Assembly (NCBI RefSeq): GCF_035594765.1
Contig: NC_085846.1
Location: 12,945,190-13,009,189 of the forward strand
DNA length: 64,000 bases
Direction of reading: 5' to 3'
Origin: Anolis carolinensis
Taxonomy: Eukaryota
Shown here: positions 50,717-62,172 of the stretch, piece by piece
Layout of the letters: every line of letters begins with the position of its first letter
How positions within the stretch are numbered: position 1 is the stretch's first letter
Program-made: the position numbers and the translations under genes
The notes under the pieces: model-generated
Databases searched by the model: none
Told to the model about the DNA's origin: nothing
What the model saw: the letters and a program-made list of their open reading frames with translations, nothing else

Positions 50717-53700
50717 GGCTTTTCCCATCTTTGGCATCTTGGAGGCTTGTGCTCGGTTCTGGCAACTGGGGGGAGGGTGCTGTTGCTCCATCTCCCTGCT
50801 AAAGAGCTTTGTTCATAAACTTCCTACTTGATCGAATTGCCAACATTTTTCTGGCATTTCCTTATGGGTGCCTTAAAATACCTCCCCATTTTTAAGCAGT
50901 ATCTATTTATCTACTTGCCACCCAGCTCCCTCAGCCCTTCCTCAACAGGGCTCAGATTCTAAACTTTATTATCTTTTATCACCTTGAAAATATCCTTACA
51001 TTGCGGTGCCTGGATCTATGCACAAAAGGATGTATTAACTGGGTTGTGGGTATTTCAGTAAATCTTCATGAGATAATCTCCCTCTACTAAAACCACAGAG
51101 AAAAAGGTTCATGCTCAATAGTGGCAAGTGATCTTAGACGGAGAGTGCCAATGGGCTATTGGACAAGGGAAAATGTGAGTAAGTGATACAATTGGACTAT
51201 CCTGGAAGAGGGCATGGCTAAGCTGAACAGGAGCACTCACTGCTGGGACATTTTCTCCGAGTTGCACAGAATATTCTGTTTTCTTTTAGACGGACAAGTT
51301 CTGTACGCCATTGATCACCCCCAGGATGCAGTTAAAGACTAAGAAGATCAAAGGACCAATTAAGGTAAGACTATCTGGATAGAAAATACAGCTACCTCTA
51401 GATCAGGCACGGACAAACTTGGTCCCTCCACGTGTTTTGGACTTCCACCATTCCTAACAGCCTCAGGCCCTTTCCTTTTCCCCCTCAGCCGCTTAAGCTT
51501 GAGGCTGTTAGGAATGGTGGGAGTTGAAGTCCAAAACACCTGGAGGGCCTAAGTTTGCATGTACCTGCTTTAGATTCTGGTTGGTGACTGCTTATAGAAG
51601 GATCTCTTCTAGCGCAGGTTGAGATGCAGCTGACTGTGAGCTGGTGAAGCAGATGTTAACTGGTCTCCCTTCCTTCCTTCCTTCCTTCCTTCCTTCCTTC
51701 CTTCCTTCCTTCTTTCCTTCCTTCCTTCCTTCCTTCCTTCCTTTTGCCAGAGAGGATGTCCAGAGACAGCTACATGCACCAGATTTCTTTGCCGGTTTAC
51801 CAGCCTCTCTCCAGAAGAGAAGGTCAATTTTAGCTTTTCTGGGGAATTTTACAGAAAGGAGGATACTAGTAAGGTAAGTCGCACTTCTTTCAGGTGAGAA
51901 GGACTGTTACAGCCTATTGGTTGGAGGGAAAGATTTTGTGCAGAGATAACAAATTACCTTGAACCCATGGCCAGGCAGATTTAATAATAATTGTACTGAG
52001 AGACTGACTGTATGAGAAGTTTTTGAGATGTGTCAAAGAACGTGGGGGGGGGGGGGGGAGGGGGGAAGAGAGAAACGAAGGACAAAATAATATTTGTTTA
52101 ATCTGTTTGGCAACTCTACAGCTGGACTCCCAGAAATTTCATCTTCTCAGCGAAGCATCTGTGTTTGTTGACGAAACCAGGTTTTTCCAGATTCATCTTG
52201 GGAAATTCAATTTTAGCCAGGTAACTTGAAAAACAATTGAAGCCACGCTATGGGAACTGTGTTCATCTCATCATGCAGAGATGGCAATTGGTCGTTGAGC
52301 ATAGAAACTGATTATTCAAAATGTCTGAGATAATAGAGCAGGCATGTGCAAACTTTGGCCCTCCAGGTGTTTTGGACTTCAACTCCCACAATTCCTTAGG
52401 AATTGTGAGAATTGAAGTCCAAAACACCCAGAGGGCCAAGGTTTGCACATGCCTGTAATAGAGGGATGGATGCTACTGGGCTATAGTTCCCATATCCCCA
52501 TTTTCATCAGCTTTGCTAGATGCAGCTTATAAGAAATGGACCTCAGCAATTTCTGGTGGGATAAAGGATCACTACCCTTATATTGCAATGACCATGATAA
52601 TCTTTCTAAAATGTAGGTGGAGATGTAACGCCACGTGATTGGAAGGGGCAGTTGTTGTGGGCAAGTGTCTTAAGTTCTCTTCCTCTCATTTGCAGATCAG
52701 TACTGAAGTAGAGCTGATTTCTCCTTTCAACCCTGTTCCCATCATCATTGGCAGCGTTGTTGGTGGGATCTTGCTCTTAGCCATTCTGGTGGCTGTCTTG
52801 TATAAGGTACGCTCATCAGTTGATAAGTCTGTCACTTTTGCCATCTGTCAGACCAAGGGACAAAACAAATATGATTTATTTACGATACTTTTACCCCGCC
52901 TTTTTCACCCCGGAGGGGACTCAAGGCGGCTTCACAGTGTGGCAATAATTCAATGCCTTTTAAAAACAAGTACAAAAATAGTCATTTAAATAATAATAAT
53001 AAACATTAGAATACAATTAAAACATAATTAAAACCATAAACATTTAACTCTGACAGCAGAGTAAATCACGTGATCCAAGAGTGTGGTCTGGGCCATTCCA
53101 TTGATCATTTCCTTGTCTTCATATTTATTACTGCACCAAATTTTCATTTGTGTCAGAAGCAAATTAAGGATACAGTTATAATGTATTTAAAAACACAAAG
53201 TTTAAAACTTGGCATTATACTAGATTTTCTTTGACCAGAAGCTGGTCACTTGGAGTTCCTCTGGTGTCACTGTGAGAAGGTCCTCCATTGTGCATGTGGC
53301 AGGGATCAGATCACATTGTAGTAGGTGGTCTGTGGTTTACTTTCTCTACACTCGAATGTTGCGGATTCCACTTTGTAGCCCATTTCCTAAGATTGGCTCT
53401 GCATCTTGTAGTGCCAGAGCAGTCTGTTCAGCACCTTCCAAGTTGCCCAGTCTTCTGTGTGCCTAGGAGGGAGTTTCTCATCCGGTCTCAGCCACTGATT
53501 GAGGTTCCGGGTTTTAGCCTGCCACTTTTGGACTCCTTTTTGCTGAGGTGTTCCTGCGAGCATCTCTGTGGATCTCAGGAAGCTGTTTCTTGATTTAAGG
53601 CGTTGGCATGCTGGCTGATATCCGAACAGAGCAGAGGATGGGCCGGAGATGTCACTGCTTTGGTCCTTTCATCACAGGCTGCTACTTCCCGACAGATGTC

Positions 53701-54207
53701 AGGTGGTGCAATACCAGTTGCAGTATGTGACCAACAGATATGATGCATCTTTGATCAGGACTTTTACCACATAGGTGCAGGAGGAAGCCAAAGACATAAA
53801 GATGGCCAGGGCAAGAGAACGGATTGGGCAAAGTTTACTTGTTAAAATATACAGTGAGACCTACTCTGTAAGACCAGAGGAGTTAATAGCAGCTTTGTCA
53901 GTTGGGGATACTGAGTTACAGTTGGAAAACTGATTGTGTATGTGGGTTGATCTCTTCCTTTTTCAATTTGGCTGCTTTCAACAGTTTGCTTTTGTTTTGT
54001 TTTTAAATTGAAAAATCCCATCACCAGTTGCTCTTGTGGCTGACAAATGACCCATTAATTCCTTTATGGGTCTTACTGCATATTTCTCCTTCCTTTTCCC
54101 CCCAGGTTGGATTCTTTAAACGGAAACGCATCCCCCAGGTGGATGAAACCACAATGACCCCAGTTGCCCCAAGTGAAGAGGCTCCTCCACCTTCAAGTAG
54201 CTCCTAA
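22852..54207 (+). CDS. Leukocyte (beta2-associated, CD11-family) I-domain integrin alpha chain, ITGAL-leaning but divergent; 30 exons, 1164 aa
   Basis: Exons: 22852-22915, 27922-28051, 28141-28235, 29723-29787, 30582-30696, 31151-31284, 31887-32035, 32290-32443, 34330-34462, 36938-37014, 38745-38874, 38975-39111, 39650-39790, 40355-40561, 40933-41063, 42127-42290, 42794-42945, 44067-44192, 44790-44863, 46882-47023, 48327-48437, 48580-48662, 49996-50085, 50212-50284, 50401-50508, 51290-51364, 51751-51873, 52122-52220, 52696-52806, 54106-54207 (3495 nt, open frame). Encodes a signal peptide, FNIIDT N-terminus, FG-GAP repeats with DxxGDG Ca2+ loops, an I-domain (DDSYS, T, TDG, ..IEG), genu CGPDEIC, a TM helix and KVGFFKR. 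The exact CD11 ortholog is unresolved. Confidence 0.92.
23207..23472 (+). mobile_element. tRNA-derived SINE (AnolisSINE2-like) in integrin intron 1
   Basis: Head ggtggagtagtgggttaa..ggttcgaatccc (A/B boxes), body and A-tail. Confidence 0.7.
24330..24663 (+). mobile_element. Sauria SINE
   Basis: Full-length match to 57604-57933 with an (ACCTTT)-like tail. Confidence 0.85.
24954..25009. repeat. (ATT)n microsatellite after an L2-like 3' end
   Basis: Direct sequence. Confidence 0.9.
25186..25406. mobile_element. Palindromic MITE (catctacactgtagaattaatgcagtttgacacc family)
   Basis: Inverted termini; copies at about 33792-33993 and 54968-55186. Confidence 0.6.
25684..26250. repeat. Degenerate compound tetranucleotide microsatellite (TATC/TGTC/CAGA/ATCA)
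   Basis: Direct sequence; explains the low-complexity ORFs at 25648-26324. Confidence 0.9.
26679..26811. mobile_element. hAT MITE
   Basis: CAGGCATGGGCAAACTT TIRs; TSD ctctacag/ctctatag. Confidence 0.85.
28578..29600 (+). mobile_element. LTR-like repeat (TGTTGGAA..TCCTAACA plus downstream shared sequence), interrupted by a Tc1 MITE at 28897-29219
   Basis: Homologous reverse copies at about 37480-38236 and 43140-43971; boundaries approximate. Confidence 0.5.
28897..29219. mobile_element. Tc1/mariner-type MITE
   Basis: Same TIRs as 10104-10437; TA TSD. Confidence 0.85.
29893..30378. mobile_element. hAT (Charlie-like) non-autonomous element
   Basis: TIRs CAGTGGTTTCCAACC / GGTTGGGAACCATTG; TSD ttttagac/ttttaaac. 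Confidence 0.75.
31402..31478. repeat. (GT)n(GA)n microsatellite
   Basis: Direct sequence. Confidence 0.95.
32447..32953 (-). mobile_element. 5'-truncated RTE-clade LINE inserted at +3 of integrin intron 8
   Basis: Degraded ORF C-terminus ..[33 protein letters not shown], a (TAAG/TAAA)n tail, and a 14-bp TSD atgccattggggta (32433-32446 / 32954-32967). Confidence 0.85.
33232..33365. mobile_element. hAT MITE (CAGTGGTTCTCAACC family)
   Basis: TIRs and exact TSD ctctataa; second copy at 47400-47534 with TSD gcctagtg. Confidence 0.85.
34600..35290 (+). mobile_element. L2 LINE fragment (degraded ORF2 C-terminal region)
   Basis: [37 protein letters not shown] resembles L2 ORF2, with stops and frameshifts. 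Confidence 0.75.
35590..36126. mobile_element. Tc1/mariner-type MITE, reverse orientation, with an inserted L2-like tail and AT-rich tract
   Basis: Same TIRs as 10104-10437; TA TSD. Confidence 0.75.
41430..41745 (-). mobile_element. Diverged Sauria-type SINE
   Basis: Reverse complement resembles the Sauria SINE core; a partial similar copy lies at about 50720-50915. Confidence 0.55.
43140..43971 (-). mobile_element. LTR-like repeat copy
   Basis: Reverse-complement homology to 28578-29600. Confidence 0.5.
44358..44490. other. Assembly gap (133 N) in integrin intron 18
   Basis: Run of N. The flanking exons join in frame, so no missing exon is required. Confidence 1.
45854..46618. mobile_element. 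hAT (Charlie/MER5-like TIR) element carrying the same internal tandem unit as 14006-15520
   Basis: CAGTGTTTCTCAATCT ... AGGTTGAGAACCGTTG termini; internal units ccagtattttctgttggtcatgggagttctgtgtg..aactacaactccc. Confidence 0.7.
47840..48160. mobile_element. Tc1/mariner-type MITE
   Basis: Same TIRs as 10104-10437; TA TSD. Confidence 0.8.
49095..49302 (-). mobile_element. R4/Dong-like non-LTR retrotransposon 3' fragment inside a (TAA)n microsatellite
   Basis: The minus strand encodes [41 protein letters not shown], and (TTA)n flanks both sides. Confidence 0.7.
51669..51742. repeat. (CCTT)n microsatellite forming the polypyrimidine tract of integrin exon 27
   Basis: Ends about 8 nt before the exon start at 51751. 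Confidence 0.9.
53130..53720 (-). mobile_element. LINE 3' fragment, clade uncertain (RTE-X/Vingi-like)
   Basis: The minus strand gives degraded [28 protein letters not shown], a zinc-knuckle-like C-terminal region. Confidence 0.55.
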
Positions 54208-56008
54208 TTTGGCATTGGCCTGAGAGTCAGGATTTCTGACTTTTCTGGAATGGAAATGGAGAAACAGGACTATCTGAGGAAGGAATAGGGCATGGGAGTG
54301 GGTTAAGAGGAAGAGACTAGGAGCCAGAACAAAACTATTTATTCTAATAATCATGTATGTTTTTGAATTGGAAAGCCAAAATCCACTAGTGCACCATGCA
54401 AAGCTGTCCATCAGTGAGGAAGGAAGGATGTCAGGCTTCCTATTTGCCTGTTAGCTAATTGATAAACAAGACGCGTGGGTGGCAATGGCAGATATTGATT
54501 TCTCCTGGGGCATCAGCTGCTCTAAATGATGAGGATGGGATTTGGACAAGAGCAAGAGATAATGGACTAATCTCTCTGTGCTTAGATGTTCTGGTAGAGC
54601 CCAACAGAGGAAGTTGAGCCATCGCCTGACTTTAGCAACATGTACCTTTGAAATTAAAGGGATGTGATTCAGGCTTCTGTTGACATCTTTCTGTAATTTG
54701 CAAAACCTCCTCCAAATGGTTGGATTTCAGGATGTGGATTTCATAGAATTTCAAGGAAACCCATTTTTCCTTCCTGTTTACGAAATGATTAAATATATTA
54801 AGAAACAAGCTTAACAAAAGTTGGTGTGGTGCAGCAATTTAATTGGAAAGAGCTGGATCCCAGTTTTGGAAAGGGTAGCTGTGTTTGTCTGTGGCTGCAA
54901 AAGCAAGGGGTTGTGCATGCAAAGGACGGAAGTACTGAAGGAAGAAGCATCTGAGGAAGTAGACCTAGGATGTGTCTACACTGTAGAATTAGTACAGTTT
55001 GACACAACTTTAATTGCCATGGTTCAAGGCTGTGGAATCATGGGAGTTGTAGGCTGGTGAAGCACTAGCACTCTTTGGCAGAGGAAGCTAAGAGCTTGGA
55101 AAACTACATCTCCCATGATTCCATAGCATTTAACCATGGCAGTTAAAGTAGTGTCAAACTACATTAATTCTACAATATAGATGCACTCTCAGTCTTTGAA
55201 AGCGTACTGCATTCTGTCAGTATCTCAGATGCCACAAGATCTCTTTCCACACTTTTATTTATTTATTTATTTATTTATTATTTAAACTTATATGCCGCCA
55301 CTCCCCTAGGGCTCGGGGCTGCTTACAAGAAAGGCTAAAATCTAACAATTTAAAAACATCTTTAAAATATCTTTAAATTTTTTTAAAAAAAAATCTTAAA
55401 AACACTCCCCCAGAGCTCGGAGTGGCTTATATAAACAGCTAAAATGTAAGCAATTTAAACAATATGCCAAAGTAACATGGCTATGTCTTTGAATCCTACT
55501 CTAAGGAACCTTGTGGCTTATTCAAAGGCTAATATATTTGTTATGGCACAGTCCACAGTTTGGCAATTTCTTCTGCTTCTGCCTAACCTATTTAGGCAGG
55601 TGGTTGTGAAATAAGGGTGGGTGGATCTCACATGCTGCATTTAGCTCTGGAAAGGTAGGCCAGGATAAAATAATTAAAAATCAATGTCTTTTTAGTAGAG
55701 GTTTTCTTCTGCATTCAGGATTTTTCCCAGGGGAAGAAGCCTCATTTTTCCTTAAAAGTGTTTGGGAGTCCACTTGAAAAGCAAGATATTGTCCCATATG
55801 CTGTGAGTCTCCTATGGAGTCTAATTATGGAGGGTCGTGACAATAGGAATTTTATATGCCCCTACACAATATTTCTATGAGGCTGGAGGTAAGGAAGACA
55901 TAGTTGAAGGGCATTGTTCCGGACCTGATCTCACCTCCTACCACTGTAATCTCAATACTAAGAGAATAAGAAAAAAGCACAAGATGGTAGAGACGTTTCC
56001 ATTAGGAT

Positions 56009-56014
56009 TTTATT
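56009..56014 (-). terminator. Candidate MMP25 polyadenylation signal
   Basis: TTTATT on +, about 870 nt past the stop. Confidence 0.4.
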
Positions 56015-56880
56015 ATAAAAACAGAAGGCAATGCACATCCTATTTGCATCCTGTCCATTCCCCTGCGTCTCCCTTTTAAATGACCAGTGTTAAACCATCA
56101 CTCTCATTTCTTCTAAGGGGCAGTTCTGAGAATTAGTTGAATGTTTTCTAATGCATATTATGCAGCTACAGTTCCTTAATACATCTAATGCCCTATTATT
56201 TTTGAGGCCGAAGGATGGACAAATTGCAACCACCAGTACAACCTTCTTGGTCCACAAGCTTATAATACCGAGTGTCCCACTTCTGTCTCAGCCTTTGTGC
56301 AGAAAGTTCCAGTGGGGTGTGCATGAGGATGGGATACTTGACCTAGTGGTATCATCTTCCTCTTCATTAATACCCAAGCGTAGGCTTAGACCCTTGTCAG
56401 ACCTCCGAGTGAGCTAAAGAATGGGAAAGAATAATTATCAGCTGGGACCACTAATGGTAAATGGAGAATTTGGGATGGGGAGAGTAGAGCTGAGCTTGGT
56501 GTGTATGTGAATGGATAAAAACAGCCTCCTCGGGTGTGTACTAATACAAAGAGAGACTTCTGAACATGTGCAGACTAGAGTACATTTCCTTCCTCCCTGA
56601 GAAATCACACTCTTGCCGCACACTTGGGACTTGTAGGCAAATTAAAGACCCAGTACCTTTTTAGTTCCATGGTTAGTTAGAAAACTACTCACAAAACTAG
56701 AGGATTGAAGAGGCAAAAAGTGATTGGAAGGCGGGATTAAGAGCACCATAGAGTTGTACGAGGAACCATATCAGAGGGAAAGCAGCTGTTCAGTGGCTGT
56801 TCCTGAGATGGCTGTCTTCCTCTGCCCATCATCTCTTCATTTGGCTTTGTAAAGTGCGCTGTTTTGTCACTGGCCAGGGG

Positions 56881-59800
56881 TCAGCATACGGCCCACAGAA
56901 AAATGATGATGCAAGCTAAGAGGGGTGCTATTTTGTGGGAAGCCCCTGCACAGATGCACATCCCCCCTTCTCCATGTCTCGGAGCTGGAGGGGAGGAAGC
57001 GCCAGGAACATCGCAGTGCATCCAGTCATGGGCAGTGGAGCGTGGGAAACTGGCATCTGACTCCACACTGCCACCTGTGAAGCGCCAGTACTGGGCATCT
57101 TTGAAGAAATAGGTGTTGCCTGCAAGAGAAAAGAACACCAATGGGGGCAAGATAGCCATGGGGATAGAATATTACATTGAGGAGGAGACAAGCTTGTGTT
57201 CTGCTGCTCTAGAGACTAGGACACAATGGAGTAATGAATTCAAATTGCAGGAAAAGAGATTCCACCTAAACATTAGGAAGAACTTTGTGATTTTTTCCAA
57301 CTGTAATTCTATGCTGAAAGCAAATGGTAGGCAGTTCCATGGCAAGGTGGAAAAGCAGTGAATACAATCTGGGCTAGTTGGGGGAGTTACATGCCCTAAA
57401 TATCACCTTGGAGAGGCCCAATTCAACCCCCCTCAACATGGGCAGAACTGTGAATGAAGTCAATTAACACCTGGACAATCCTCAGATGTTATGTTCCTTC
57501 AAGTTGACTGGTTTAAGGTGATACTGAGTTATTTCTCAGCGAAATTTGTTCAGAAGGTGTTTGCCTTTGCCTTCCCCTAATATTGCCCGGCTATGACTTG
57601 ACTGGGGCCCCTGGTGGCATAGTGTGTTGAAGCGCTGAGCTGCTGAACTTGCGGACCGAAAGGTGCCAGGTTCAAATCCTGGGAGCTGAATGAGCGCCCG
57701 CTGTTAGCCCCAGCTCCTGCCAACCTAGCAGTTTGAAAACCTGCAAATGTGAGTAGATCAATAGGTACCGCTCTGGCGGGAAGGTAACAGTGCTCCATGC
57801 AGTCATGCCGGCCACATGACCTTGGAGGTGTCTATGGACAACGCCAGCTCTTTGGCTTAGAAATGGAGATGAGTACCAACCCCCAGGGTCGGTCACGACT
57901 GGACTTAACGTCAGGGGAAACCTTTACCTTTACCTATGACTTGACCAGTCAATTTTGAAAACAAATTGGGGATCTGAACCCTTGTCTCCCACAGTCCTAG
58001 TCCAACACTTTTCCATGCTGGCTCTCTTGTAGGAACTTTTGCCATTTGTAAAATTGTTTAGAGAATCCCTGGTGGATATTCCTCAAAATTAACTTCACGG
58101 ATATTAAAGAGGCCTAAGTTGAATGTTCAAAGTTGAGCAATACTATATTTTCAATCTAATTCTTGCCTCTTAGAAGGGCAGAGTTGCTTTCAGTGCATTG
58201 AATCTCAAATCAAAGAATTTACAAGTTCTGAAATTTTCATGAAACTGCATTCCAAGTTATTATCAGGCTTGTTCAAAACTCTCTGCCAACAAATACGCTT
58301 CAGCCCCTCCATACCATCGTTCCACCGTGTGACGTCATCCAGATCCGTAGGCACCCCTTTCCAGAGGGTGACAGGTTTGGGGTACCCTGGTTCCACATGG
58401 CCCAATTGGTCATCGTAACGCCAGTATTGATCCTTTTCTATGAGGTAGGTTTTCCCATTGTGGGGCCACACAAACACAGCACCAATGATCGTGCCAGGAG
58501 GGAGGCCAAGATCTGACGTGGGGCGGGGGTATCCAGGGTTGACCCAAGTATCTGTGAAAACCCAGTATTGGGACCCTACAAAGGAGAAAGTAACAGAGGG
58601 TTAAAAATGCATAACTACAAGGCATCCTAATGGGATTATAGAAGCAACTTCAATAACATGCAAACAACCTGTAGCCTCTTTTCTGATCATTCTCTTTAGT
58701 ACCAACACCTACTATTCATTACAACTCAGATACCTTTGGCACCAATTGCTGCACCCTAGCACTGAAACACCTTTTCACCAGCACCACATCGGAGTCCAGT
58801 GATCTAATAATAAAATGTTTGTTGACAAAAGTATTTAAAAAAGAGAAAAAGGGCAAATCCAAAAGAGACAGTCAGGATATTAAATGCAACACACAAAAGA
58901 AGCCAGAGTTCAATAGCAGTAATCAAAAAATGCCAGGATAAACATCAAAAGCAAATAATCTAAAATCACAGAGTTAATTCAAAGGTTAATTCTTGAGCAT
59001 GGAAACAGGAACCTCTCCAAGGTAAATCCTCCAAAGGTACACAGGCATAAACAGGAACAGGCAATATAGGAACCATGAATTTGGAAGCATGAACAGGAGA
59101 CTGATTCCCATTAGCAACATTGTCAAAGTCAAACCACTTAATTTAAGCCCATTCAGGCACCCATGATATCATTTCTAACACATTTGGACTTCAAGGTCTT
59201 ATCTCGAATCCTCTGGGAATATTTAGTTTGCCTGCTTTTCATGCCTTGCATTCTCAGGTCTAATCTACACTCCCTTGAAACCTCATCTTCCCAAGGCCTT
59301 TTCTCAAGGAAACTGGTACTTTCATTTTCCCCTGTTGCCAGGGAACGAGATGAGGAATGTAAAACATCAGCCTCATCTGCCTGTAATTCCCCCCGAACAC
59401 TCATAGACTCCTCACTTGGAAGCTCAACATCCCCCTCATCCTCTGAACATTCAGAAAAATCCTGTGAGGCTTGCCAGACTACAACAACGACTGTCTTCTT
59501 TTGAGTAAAGAGAAACTGTTGCCAATTTATATTAAGGATCTTGTCAGGAAACTATATTGAACTCTGTTACTTCAATAGCTAACGAACTATTAGTTCTATG
59601 GAATATGAATCTAGCAGGCAGGATTCAACAGACACATCACGTGTAACCATTGTTTGTTGAATTAACCCACAGATAAACCATCCAGAATTTGATTTCTGTT
59701 TCTCTCCCATCCCAATTGTCAACTATGGGAAACTGAAGAAATAAATCTTGAGCAAACCACAGTTCTAAGCCAGCATTAACATACATCAGAGTTCATAAAC

Positions 59801-62109
59801 TAGCTCATGGCCTTGAATTGTGATTTGTGGCTAGGTAACAAAACATAGTGTGTGTGAACCCAATCTTGGGCTGAATCCAGGTTTAGATATCTAGACCATA
59901 CCTATTAGCTAATCATGGTAACAATTTAAAGTCACCCCGCTTTCAATGAATTTACTCTAAGAATGGCAAAAATCTGGATCCAGCCCACAACTGTTAAGTT
60001 GTTCTCTGCTAAGAAGCACCTGATGTATAATAATCATGTATTACAAAAATAGATTTTCAAAGCAATAAAATGAAACGATAACTGAAAACAATATTCCAGG
60101 CATTACTATATTTATAAGGACACATCTTTATGGCGATAATGTGTTTGCTCCATGGAAATCAAACAAGATGCTACAATAAAAGAAATGTTTCAGTCTTTAA
60201 GATTGTATGTACATGTGTGTTGTGTTTGCACCCTAGTGTAGTTGTACATGACATATATGGAGCACTACTACATTGCAGACATCACTTCTTTGCCATTGGA
60301 GGTGAGTTTTAAGATTAACAATTCTTGGAATTCTTATGTTATGAAGAAGGCAGGAAGCCCAACTCCACACACAGACCTTGGGGTTCTTCTCTTGAACACC
60401 GAAAATCCATGTGGCCACTTTAAAATATTCAGTCGCACTCAATTCCCACAGAAACTGAAAGCTTTATTGCCCACTGCCAGTCAGCTAGCCAAACTCACCA
60501 ATGAAGAACACAATTTGGCTGTCGTTGGCACGTTCGTACACGGCATCAATGCCCTGGAAGTCCTGGGGCAATCCGTTCCAGAAGCGGAGGATTTGCGCTG
60601 GCTCCAGGGAAACCAGTTGCTGGGTTGGTTGCATCCGCCAGAAATGTTTCTCTGCAAAGAGTTAATGTGCTCCTCTTCATTAGCTCAAAAACAACATGTC
60701 AGAAACAGTCCTTACCACTCCTGAGCCTCCAGTTTCAATAAATCTCTGAACAAAAGAGTCATTTGGCAACCACACTGGCAAAAACATTGTGCTGGCGTTT
60801 GCTTGCGCATGTCAGACCTGCTGCAAATACCTCAACTGGTTTCCCTAGGCCCAAATTACACACAGCACTGAAAACTAGTGATCAAATATCAATCAATACA
60901 TAATTTCACCTATAGAACAACTTCTTTATTCGTGAACTTGCTATCTACTTTTTGACTTCTCTATATTAAAAAAAAATCCTCCCTGAGGACATTACGCAAT
61001 ACACTAAACAGCAATAGCAAGTGTCACTGTCACTTATTCAGAGTCAAGAGAACACAAATCAATCAGTAGGTTTATGTGAGTCTGAAGGATTTAAGCCATG
61101 CCATGAGTGTGGAGAAAAACTCAAAACACAAATAACTTTTCTTACTTTTGAAGAAGAACACTTCTCCCCGGATGTTAGCGATGGCATCGAAATGGACATT
61201 ACAACGATCTGGTGAGGGCAGCCGTGGCCTGAAGAGAGAAAATTGTTTTCTGTCCACTAGAAACCTAGAGCCCAAGATATGGCTCATGATGTTTTAAATC
61301 AGTTAAATTCAGTTTTTTTCTCATGGTTCTTACATCACTTCCTTTCCCTCTCTATGCCATATCCTCTTACATTTCACAGATGGAAATCAGGACATACGTG
61401 GCCAGCCACCACTACAATATGATCAAGAAGACAAAAAGTTCTCAAAGAGGAAGAACTCACAGGTAGGAGAAGATGCAGCAGTTGGCTTTTGCCTCTGACT
61501 AGTACTTGTGGGATTTTATTTTCCTCTGGGCTCCAGACCGATTCCCAGTTAGATTGCTAATTTTGCTATTTCAAACAAAATAATGAAGGTCTCTATTTGC
61601 TCCTGAACCACCCTGCCACAAATTCATTTTGTTTTCACAGTCTGGATCTTGCCAGAATTTTGTCCCACTTTCTGAGAAAGCCAAAAATAATTTAGGAGAC
61701 TAAGTTTAAGAATTATTAAAGAGGCACTTGCATATGGCTTGTTTGGGAATGAAGCCCAAAGCAGGTAGGTGAACTCCAGCCAAGGCTAAATATCAACATG
61801 AGACTGTCCCAAGTGCAAAAGCAGTCAAACAATACAAAGTCGAAAGGAAGTTTGAAGAGAGAGCTCAAGAGGAGATCAGAATTTGGCTGAACACCTACAA
61901 TAATGGACGTATCACATGGACAACTAGCCAACAGGTTGCAACAATAGTGGAAAGAGATAGTTAGCTAGATTAGCATCCAATAAGAAAAGTTACTTACCCA
62001 TAAGTGGGTCTGTTTGGAGGCAAGTCGGGGATGGGACGGGCTGTGGGGGCTGGTAAACCTGGGCTCTCTTGGTCTGGATAGGAACCCGACTGGCGCTTCC
62101 CTACAGCAA

Positions 62110-62172
<63 letters not shown>

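Noticed and set aside
57604-57690. tRNA-like A/B-box sequences (also at 12148, 23207 and 24330)
   Set aside because: They are SINE heads continuing into SINE bodies and tails, not cloverleaf tRNA genes.
59163-59504. Ser-rich 113-aa ORF in an MMP25 intron
   Set aside because: It lies within an LTR-like repeat, and the MMP25 frame is complete without it.
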